DNA of 64,000 nucleotides from a virus: positions 13,054-77,053 of IMG/VR virus record IMGVR_UViG_3300044620_000527; one strand, given 5' to 3'. The first letter of the stretch is position 1. Every line of letters begins with the position of its first letter. Of the stretch, positions 57,138-64,000 are shown piece after piece. The notes beneath the pieces were generated by a model that saw only the letters and a program-made list of their open reading frames with translations, searched no databases and was not told the DNA's origin. The position numbers were made by a program, and so were the translations under genes.

Positions 57138-58841
57138 ATGATTACATTTACTAAGATTCGTTGGAAGAATTTCCTTTCAACTGGAAATAGTTTTACAGAA
57201 TTAAATCTTACAAAAAACAAATCTACACTTATTAGTGGTGAAAATGGTGCAGGAAAGACAACCTTTCTTGATGCTATTTCATTTGTATTGTTTGGAAAAC
57301 CATACAGAAATATCAATATTCCACAACTTGCAAATAGCATCAATCAAAAAGATTGTAAGGTAGAAATTGAATTTACTATTGGTAATGCAGAATATAAAAT
57401 TGTGCGCGGTTTAGCACCAAAGATTTTTGAAATTTATAAGGATGGTAATCTTTTAAATCAAGATTCAAAATCCAAAGACTATCAAAAAATGCTTGAAGAG
57501 CAGATTCTCAAAATGAATCATAAGTCTTTTTGTCAAGTTGTAATTCTTGGTAGCACAAACTATGTTCCATTTATGCGTTTAGCCGCAGCAGAGCGCAGAT
57601 CAATTGTAGAATATCTTTTGGATATTGATGTGTTTTCTGTAATGAATACTCTGCTTAAAGCAAAAGTATCCACCGCAAAAGACGGAATCAAAGATACTGA
57701 ACACCGTCTTGCTATTCTCATGGAACGAGCAAAAGCACAGAAGAATCACATTAAGGTTCTTCAGGAGAAGAGCAAGGAATCCAAAGATAAAATCTTAGCA
57801 GAAATAGAGACAAATCAAAACACTATTTCTGATCTGCAAAAAGATATTCAAAAATTATCTCAAGCAATCGACAATCTTTCTACAGAAACTAGTGCTGGAG
57901 ATGAAGATGAAATGAATAAAGTTTCATATCAAGTATCACATTTGAATGAACAGATTGGTAAAATAAACAAAGAAATTACTTATTACCAAAAGAATAAAGA
58001 ATGCACTCTCTGTAAACAAAAACTATCAGAAGAACACAAAACAGGAATTGTAAGTGGTTTGGAAACTAACAAATCTGAACTTAGTTCTAAAGTTGAAGAA
58101 CTAAACAAAGTGATTTCTGAACTTCAAGTTGAGATTGAAAAAGATCGCAAGATTGGAAAGCAAATTCTTGCACTTGAAAAAGAAGTAGCAGAAAAGAATA
58201 ATACAATTTCTGCTTGCAATCAGTTTATTTCTAAGTTACAAAAGGAAATGAACAAAGATGATTCTGTTGACTTTACCGCAGAAGATGCAAAACTAAATTC
58301 AATCGTCGAAGAGGGGAAGAAGGAAACAGAACTTCGTCAGGAAATGTCTGACGATCTTCATTACTATTCTATTGCTGCTCTGCTCCTTAAGGATACCGGA
58401 ATTAAGAGCAAGATCATCAAGCACTATCTTCCAATCATGAACAAAGTAATTAATGGTTATCTTGGTAAGATGGACTTCTTTGTGCAGTTTGAACTGGGGG
58501 AGTCGTTCGAAGAAACCATTAAGAGTCGTTACCGCGATATCTTCACTTATGATAGTTTTAGTGAAGGAGAAAAGCGCAAGATTGACTTGGCTTTATTGTT
58601 TGCATGGCGTTATATTGCACAATTAAAGAATTCTCTCAACTGCAATCTACTGATCTTTGATGAAGTTATGGATGGTAGTCTGGATGATTCTGCCACAGAA
58701 GCGTTCTTGAACATTCTAAAGGGACTGGATAAGGGAACAAATGTTTATGTAATCTCCCACAAGTCCAAAGAAATTCTTCAAGATAAATTCCAAGATCATA
58801 TTGTATTTGTGAAAAGAAACAATTTCAGTAAGATACTATGA
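57138..58841 (+). CDS. gp46: Recombination endonuclease subunit gp46 (Rad50/SbcC-like)
   Basis: WKNFLSTGN, Walker A GENGAGKTT, zinc hook CTLC, FSEGEK.KIDLAL, LIFDEV.D and ISH motifs. Confidence 0.96.
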   Translation: MITFTKIRWKNFLSTGNSFTELNLTKNKSTLISGENGAGKTTFLDAISFVLFGKPYRNINIPQLANSINQKDCKVEIEFTIGNAEYKIVRGLAPKIFEIYKDGNLLNQDSKSKDYQKMLEEQILKMNHKSFCQVVILGSTNYVPFMRLAAAERRSIVEYLLDIDVFSVMNTLLKAKVSTAKDGIKDTEHRLAILMERAKAQKNHIKVLQEKSKESKDKILAEIETNQNTISDLQKDIQKLSQAIDNLSTETSAGDEDEMNKVSYQVSHLNEQIGKINKEITYYQKNKECTLCKQKLSEEHKTGIVSGLETNKSELSSKVEELNKVISELQVEIEKDRKIGKQILALEKEVAEKNNTISACNQFISKLQKEMNKDDSVDFTAEDAKLNSIVEEGKKETELRQEMSDDLHYYSIAALLLKDTGIKSKIIKHYLPIMNKVINGYLGKMDFFVQFELGESFEETIKSRYRDIFTYDSFSEGEKRKIDLALLFAWRYIAQLKNSLNCNLLIFDEVMDGSLDDSATEAFLNILKGLDKGTNVYVISHKSKEILQDKFQDHIVFVKRNNFSKIL

Positions 58842-59290
58842 ATCTGGCGACAATAGACAATTTAAAAGAAGTCATGGAAATATTCAAGCAACACAAGGAA
58901 TACTTTCCTCATATACGGCAAGATTATGTTACGCGAAAAATAGTTGCAAAGAATACTATTTTCGAGGATAATGTTGTAATCACCTTTAGCCTATATAAAA
59001 AGGATGTCAAGTTGGGTAACTTGACCGTTCCAAAAGGTCACACAATGCTGCATCAGATTGCAGCGGGATCACAAGGTAACGGAAGCGCATCTAAAGTTTT
59101 GAATCAATTTTTACAATATGCAGGAACCGATGTATGGCTATCAGTCAGAGCAAACAACGAAAGAGCAATAAAGTTCTACCTGAAGCACGGGTTTCAGGAA
59201 GTGGGAACAATATCGTGGATGGGCGGGAAACTGCCGGGAGTGATTTACAGGTGGGAAAGAAACCCTTTTACGAGCGTAATGACCACGTAA
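58838..59290 (+). CDS. GNAT-family acetyltransferase
   Basis: LHQIA...QGNGSAS (acetyl-CoA binding) and WLSVRANNERAIKFY.K.GF motifs. Confidence 0.85.
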   Translation: MNLATIDNLKEVMEIFKQHKEYFPHIRQDYVTRKIVAKNTIFEDNVVITFSLYKKDVKLGNLTVPKGHTMLHQIAAGSQGNGSASKVLNQFLQYAGTDVWLSVRANNERAIKFYLKHGFQEVGTISWMGGKLPGVIYRWERNPFTSVMTT

Positions 59291-60837
59291 TTAATAATCT
59301 AGATGTAAATGTTTACTTTGAGGATCTACTTGCAATGACTCCAAAGGAGTTTGAGCAGTGGGTAATCGAGATGCGTAAAGCAATTCTAAATTCGTGGGAC
59401 ACATATGGTTGTCCTCCAAGAACAGGAAAAGACGAGCAAGATATAATCGATCAGTTTAATCAACTGGGACAATATCCTGTTCATGAATTTACACATTCAG
59501 ATGAACTATCTAATGTTCCTGATGATGTAATTGTAAATAAATCCCGCATCGGTGTAGAAGTCGATCAGTGGTTCTCAAATATGTTCAAGACGAGAATCAA
59601 TTATTCTGCGAATGATACCGGATATTCTATTTACGATATGTTTGCAGATGACAAATATCTGCCGCGAATGATTCGTGGTACTATGCGTCATTTGCGCCGC
59701 GATTCTTTCTATAAGCACGCCCTTTCTACAATCAAGCACGATAAGAAGTATTCTGTTGTAGATGTGGGTTCTGGTGACGAATGGATGGAAGCGTTCTTTA
59801 ATAGTCCATCCGTATTTACTGGTTACGATTTCATGTTGGAACAAGTGGCTCCCCGCGAAGGTGCAAGCAGTAGTTATTTTCAACTTGAGCAGTCTAACAT
59901 TCTTCAACTGACAAAAGAGCAGTTTGAAAAGTGGAAGCCCAAGATGTCATATCGGCATTATTCCACATTTGATCATGAGAATTTACCAGACGATCAATTG
60001 TATGCCATTCGTCTGTATAAGAAGGGTGAAAGAGTTTTCCCTGCCGGTTTTGCATCTTTCCGTATTGGTTATATTCAACCCGCAGTTAACTTTCCACCGA
60101 TGACTGCTAAGTATTTGTATGAAAGGTTTACAGAACACTGCAAAGATCAAGATCGTATTGTAATTTACGATCCATCTAGTGGTTGGGGTGGTAGAATTTT
60201 AGGAGCAATGTCTATCCGCGATGACAGGAATGTACACTATGTTGGAACTGATCCTAATCCCGAAAATTGGCAATGTGATGGTCACTCTTCTAAGTACCAT
60301 GCTATTGCAGATTTTTATAATACAAAAACATATAGAGCGAATCCCTTCTTTTCTTCAACTAATACTTGCGATCTATATCAGCTTGGCTCTGAAGTCATTT
60401 CTGAGAACACCAACTTCCAACAATACAAAGGCAAAGTAGATTTGGTATTTACTTCACCACCGTATTTTAACAGAGAAGCATATTCTGAAGATGAGAATCA
60501 ATCATATAAGAAATTTTCTTCATATGATTCTTGGCGAGATGGGTTTTTAAGACCAACACTAGAAACCTGTGTTTCTTATTTAAAGAATGATAGGTATCTT
60601 TTATGGAATATTGCTGACTTATTGGTAAGTGGTGATTACCTTCCATTAGAAGAAGATTCTAGAAAAATACTAGAGTCTTTGGGTATGGAATACAAATTTA
60701 CATTAAAGATGGCACTGGAAAACATGCCTGGTCAGAATCGTGTGGGTGAAGATGGTTTACCGAAGTGTAAAAATTATTGTAAGGTTAATGGTAGATTTCA
60801 CAAATACGAACCAGTATTTGTTTTCTATAAACCTTGA
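59251..60837 (+). CDS. DNA amino-methyltransferase (N6-A or N4-C)
   Basis: SAM-binding YDPSSGWGGR..GA and catalytic DLVFTSPPYF motifs. Probable start is GTG 59251, with GGGAG at 59236-59240, rather than 59134. Confidence 0.8.
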   Translation: MGKKPFYERNDHVINNLDVNVYFEDLLAMTPKEFEQWVIEMRKAILNSWDTYGCPPRTGKDEQDIIDQFNQLGQYPVHEFTHSDELSNVPDDVIVNKSRIGVEVDQWFSNMFKTRINYSANDTGYSIYDMFADDKYLPRMIRGTMRHLRRDSFYKHALSTIKHDKKYSVVDVGSGDEWMEAFFNSPSVFTGYDFMLEQVAPREGASSSYFQLEQSNILQLTKEQFEKWKPKMSYRHYSTFDHENLPDDQLYAIRLYKKGERVFPAGFASFRIGYIQPAVNFPPMTAKYLYERFTEHCKDQDRIVIYDPSSGWGGRILGAMSIRDDRNVHYVGTDPNPENWQCDGHSSKYHAIADFYNTKTYRANPFFSSTNTCDLYQLGSEVISENTNFQQYKGKVDLVFTSPPYFNREAYSEDENQSYKKFSSYDSWRDGFLRPTLETCVSYLKNDRYLLWNIADLLVSGDYLPLEEDSRKILESLGMEYKFTLKMALENMPGQNRVGEDGLPKCKNYCKVNGRFHKYEPVFVFYKP

Positions 60838-60861
60838 CAACAGAGCAACACTTGATACACT
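60834..60861 (+). promoter_or_regulatory. Sigma70-type promoter TTGACA-N16-TACACT (extended TG) with near-leaderless start
   Basis: TTGACA at 60834-60839 and TACACT at 60856-60861; ATG at 60869 with no SD. Confidence 0.65.
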
Positions 60862-60868
60862 ATAGTCC

Positions 60869-62023
60869 ATGAGCAAGAAACGCTACAAGTCCATCGGTAG
60901 GGGTGATACTGTTGAATCTGTATTACTTGGTGGTGAGCCAAACATTGCCGCCATGAAGATTACGGACGATAGTGAACTAATTTGGCAAATTCAAAAGGCT
61001 TTGAATTGGTATAATTATAATTGGTCTGAAAAAGACTACCGCAAAGCCACTCTAGAGTATTTGAAGAAAAACAAATACACTAAAAGCGATCAGGAGAAGG
61101 TAGAAAATGCATCAACCGTAAGTTTTGACTTTCGGTGTGTTGGTGCATATTGTCGCGTTTCTAACAATGGCGTAACACTGCCCGAAGCAAAGAAGAAACT
61201 AGTTCAAACTCATATTGATAATTTGATCAAAGAGGGATCTAAAGTTCAATATTTGGCACCAGTTGTCGATAAACCAAAAGTTTCAATTCAAGACAGAATT
61301 AATGAACAAGTTTCTGAATATATCTGCGAACTTGAAATTCGTGTAGATGAATTGGTTAATTATTTAACAAAACCAACATCGAATAAATTTGAATTTGAAA
61401 TAACGGAATGGATTCGTAAAAAGGATGTAAAGTCCATGCAAGCGCAAATGATTGCGGATTCTTTTAAACCAAGAATTAAAGAATTGGAAGAAGCAATTTC
61501 TGGTAAAGATGAAGATTTAAAGCAAGCATATTCTTGGATCAGTAAGCCAAAACTCAAGAAGTTCTTACAATTTCATCAAGACATGGTTGTGCAATTACAA
61601 GCGCAAGCACAATTTGCAAAGAAGATTCGCAAACCAAGAAAGAAGAAAAAGAAGAAGCCAGAACAATTGATTGCAAAATTAAAGTATCAAAAGGAATGCA
61701 CTGAGTTTAATTTGAATTCAGTTGATCCTAGAGAAATTATTGGTGCAAAGAAATTAGTTGCATTCAACACAAAATATCGTACACTTACTGTGTATGACGC
61801 ATCTCCATTGGTTGATGGTTTTACAATCAAAGGAACTACACTAATTGGTTTTGATGAGGGTTCTTCAAAAACAAAGAAACTTCGTGATCCTAAAAATGTA
61901 CTCTCACGCATGATTGGTGGCGTTCGCGCCATTAATAATGCATGGGAAACTGTTAAAACAAAAGAATCTGTCCCGAATGGCAGATTTAACGAAAATACCG
62001 TAATTATACAGGTAATTAAATGA
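60869..62023 (+). CDS. Conserved T4-like hypothetical protein
   Basis: ALNWYNY, D.DL..AY, L.S.DP..IIGA..L..FNTK.R.L..Y, K.KKLR.P and NGR.NE.TVI motifs recur in environmental T4-like phages; function unknown. Confidence 0.7.
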   Translation: MSKKRYKSIGRGDTVESVLLGGEPNIAAMKITDDSELIWQIQKALNWYNYNWSEKDYRKATLEYLKKNKYTKSDQEKVENASTVSFDFRCVGAYCRVSNNGVTLPEAKKKLVQTHIDNLIKEGSKVQYLAPVVDKPKVSIQDRINEQVSEYICELEIRVDELVNYLTKPTSNKFEFEITEWIRKKDVKSMQAQMIADSFKPRIKELEEAISGKDEDLKQAYSWISKPKLKKFLQFHQDMVVQLQAQAQFAKKIRKPRKKKKKKPEQLIAKLKYQKECTEFNLNSVDPREIIGAKKLVAFNTKYRTLTVYDASPLVDGFTIKGTTLIGFDEGSSKTKKLRDPKNVLSRMIGGVRAINNAWETVKTKESVPNGRFNENTVIIQVIK

Positions 62024-62856
62024 TTCTAATTGACAATACACAAATCGTACTTTCATCTATCTTTTCTCAATATGATTCACCGGATCAGTTAGATGAAGAT
62101 ATGATTCGACATATTACTTTAAACACATATCGTTACTATCGAAATAGATTCCATCAGGAGTATGGTGAACTTGTAATTTGTCAAGACGCCGGTAATTATT
62201 GGCGTAAAGATATCTTTCCGCTTTATAAGTTTAACCGTAAAAAGACGCAAGCAAAAGATGAATTCTATTGGAAGCAAGTTTTTGAAACTCTTTCTAAGAT
62301 TCGTAATGAAGTTGCGGAAAATATGCCATATCGCACAATGAAGATTGAACGATGTGAAGCCGATGATATTATCGCCACTTTGTCTAAGCATTATCACACG
62401 CAGGAAAAGATTTTGATCGTTTCCGGTGATAAAGATTTCAAGCAATTGATGCGATATCCAAATATTGTTCAATATAGCCCAAATCAAAAGGGATTTATTA
62501 CCTGTGAATCCCCCGATAAGTTTTTGTTTGAACACATTGTACGCGGGGATTCTGGAGATGGTATTCCAAATATTCTTTCAGATGATGATGTTTTTGCAGT
62601 AGATGGTAAGCGACAAAAGCCACTATCATCTAAGAAGTTGGACACTTGGTCTAGCACAGGTAATGTGCCAAACGATCTACTAAGTAACTGGAACCGCAAC
62701 CAAATGTTGGTAGATCTGTCCTACATACCTCAAGAGTATGAGCAGGCAATTCTTGCGGAATACAACAAACCAATTACAGCAGATCGCAGCAAGATTTTTA
62801 ATTATTTTGTTGAAAAGGGTTTGAAGAATCTTATGAATGACATTCAAGATTTTTAA
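62020..62856 (+). CDS. rnh: RNase H (T4-type 5'-3' exonuclease)
   Basis: MILID, YWRK..FP.YK..RKK, EADDIIA, SGDKDF.QL and GD.GDGIPN motifs. Confidence 0.95.
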   Translation: MILIDNTQIVLSSIFSQYDSPDQLDEDMIRHITLNTYRYYRNRFHQEYGELVICQDAGNYWRKDIFPLYKFNRKKTQAKDEFYWKQVFETLSKIRNEVAENMPYRTMKIERCEADDIIATLSKHYHTQEKILIVSGDKDFKQLMRYPNIVQYSPNQKGFITCESPDKFLFEHIVRGDSGDGIPNILSDDDVFAVDGKRQKPLSSKKLDTWSSTGNVPNDLLSNWNRNQMLVDLSYIPQEYEQAILAEYNKPITADRSKIFNYFVEKGLKNLMNDIQDF

Positions 62857-62868
62857 TGGAGATTGATT

Positions 62869-63354
62869 ATGGAGAATCCAGAAGATATTAATTTAAACCA
62901 TATGAAGCAACAAGAAATGTTGCGTCAAAAAACATTAATAGAAAAAGCAACTGCATTAGCATCCTCCATTAAATCAAGAGGATTAAATAACAAAAAAACT
63001 ACACCCGAAACCAAAGTACTTCGTAAATTGAGTTGTCATGGTGATGATAGTTTACCACCATGTTCGCAGCGTAAAGAAAGTGCAAAATTTGCAAATTCAT
63101 ACTATTGCGGTGCTTGTGGTTGTGGGGATAAGCAAGGAACGCAATTAACAGATTTGACTATTGATGGTAAGGAAAACTATGGCAAACTGGATTATCCTAA
63201 GGTTTGGTGTCCTTTGGAAATGCCTGGATTCCAACCATATAAACCATCTAGTCAAGAACCTGCTGAAATACAAAATAGTCGGAAAAAAGAAATTGAAAAT
63301 CGTATGAGTGTGGAGTATATTACAGAGAAGTCTAAAGGAGAATCTATACAATGA
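62869..63354 (+). CDS. Cys-rich, putatively metal-binding hypothetical protein
   Basis: SCHG....PC...YCGACGCGD...WCPL pattern; GGAG RBS 7 nt before the ATG at 62869. Confidence 0.6.
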   Translation: MENPEDINLNHMKQQEMLRQKTLIEKATALASSIKSRGLNNKKTTPETKVLRKLSCHGDDSLPPCSQRKESAKFANSYYCGACGCGDKQGTQLTDLTIDGKENYGKLDYPKVWCPLEMPGFQPYKPSSQEPAEIQNSRKKEIENRMSVEYITEKSKGESIQ

Positions 63355-64000
63355 CTACAGCAACTACAATTAAACTCTCAAAGAAAACTCTTGATATCCT
63401 CAAGAATTATGCGTCAATCAATTCCAACATCCTAGTGAATCCCGGTAATGTTATTACTACGATTTCCCCAGTAAAGAATGTTCTAGCAGAAGCGACTGTG
63501 GACGAAACATTCGATACCCAGTTTGGTGTTTGGGATCTTAACAAGTTCCTTGGAACTGTGAGTTTGTTTACTGATCCTGAATTTGAATTCCACCAAAAGT
63601 ATGTGGTTATTTCTGGTTCAAATGGTTCTTCTGTTAAGTATTTTTATTGTGAACCAAAGTTGTTGACCACACCCACAAAGAAGATTCAAATGCCTGCTGG
63701 TGTGGTAAACTTCAAGTTAACCCAAAAGAACTTTACAGAACTGCAAAAGGCAGCATCTGTTCTGCAACTTCCTGATATTGCCGTGCGGTCTAATGATGGT
63801 AGAATGGAACTTGTTGCGCTCGACAAGAACGACGATACCTCAAATAGTTATTCGGTCGATTTGGGTGATACCGATGCAGACTTTGAATTCTACTTTAAGG
63901 TAGAAAATCTAAAGTTGATCTATGGTGATTACAATGTAGAAATCACAGAAAAGGTTGTTAGTAAGTTTACTCACGAAACAATGAATCTATCGTATTGGAT
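63351..64000 (+). CDS. gp45: Sliding clamp gp45 (3' truncated by window; absent from ORF track)
   Basis: Translated by hand: MTTATTIKLSKKTLDILKNYASINSNILVNPGN...KNVLAEA...FGVWDLNKFL...KAASVLQLPD...FKVENLKLI.GDY.V. AAGGAG RBS upstream. Confidence 0.95.
   Translation, partial: MTTATTIKLSKKTLDILKNYASINSNILVNPGNVITTISPVKNVLAEATVDETFDTQFGVWDLNKFLGTVSLFTDPEFEFHQKYVVISGSNGSSVKYFYCEPKLLTTPTKKIQMPAGVVNFKLTQKNFTELQKAASVLQLPDIAVRSNDGRMELVALDKNDDTSNSYSVDLGDTDADFEFYFKVENLKLIYGDYNVEITEKVVSKFTHETMNLSYW

Noticed and set aside
38534-58841. Introns, inteins or homing endonucleases in terminase, UvsW, gp46 or gp47
   Set aside because: The proteins are of normal length, with no intein or HNH/GIY-YIG/LAGLIDADG motifs seen.
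51769-59250. Track start sites 51769 (uvsY), 54454 (gp55), 56635 (gp68-like) and 59134 (MTase); also 46412 and 62863
   Set aside because: They overlap promoter boxes or upstream genes; downstream starts at 51802, 54502, 56701, 59251, 46442 and 62869 have better RBS or coupling context.
59253-59259. GGGAAAG, the lambda G-T type slippery heptamer
   Set aside because: It is phased to the MTase frame, not the GNAT frame, so it cannot produce the fusion.
272-63351. Numerous short minus-strand and alternative-frame ORFs in the track (e.g. 30932..31396, 50086..50538, 56622..57053)
   Set aside because: All are shadows of well-supported + strand genes, with no motifs or RBS.
1-64000. tRNA genes, CRISPR arrays, diversity-generating retroelement repeats, stop-codon recoding
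   Set aside because: Intergenic gaps are too short for arrays, no cloverleaf or reverse transcriptase is visible, and core genes are intact under the standard code. Weak long-range repeats cannot be excluded by eye.

Overview
A 64-kb segment of an AT-rich T4-like myovirus (non-enteric gene order, as in cyanophage and environmental T4-likes). All credible genes are on the + strand and the standard code gives intact ORFs. Gene order: gp5 (3' part), TM+GAF holin-like gene, gp25, gp6, gp7-like, a 3976-aa multi-domain carbohydrate-active virion protein, gp8, a split DUF4815/VrlC-like gene, tail fibre, adhesin-like gene, DUF1617-like gene, gp13, gp14, gp15 (plus a separate 55-aa C-terminal ORF), gp16-gp20, an inserted three-gene cassette (adaptor, collagen/Cys-rich fibre, DUF6734-like glycosyltransferase), gp67, gp21, gp22, gp23, gp3, uvsY, uvsW, hypothetical, gp55, gp47, pyrimidine-dimer glycosylase family gene, relocated gp68-like gene, gp46, GNAT, DNA methyltransferase, hypothetical, RNase H, Cys-rich protein, gp45 (5' part). 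Regulation is unusually readable: T4-type late promoters (TATAnATA), sigma70-type promoters that all have a 16-bp spacer, two hairpins that bury a late gene's ribosome-binding site and carry a late promoter in the loop, near-leaderless starts, and a perfect antisense promoter next to gp55. Best novelty candidates are the nested-domain 3976-aa protein, the fibre-plus-glycosyltransferase cassette and the timing circuitry. No tRNA, CRISPR array, intron or mobile element was seen. All family assignments come from motif recognition by eye, not database searches.
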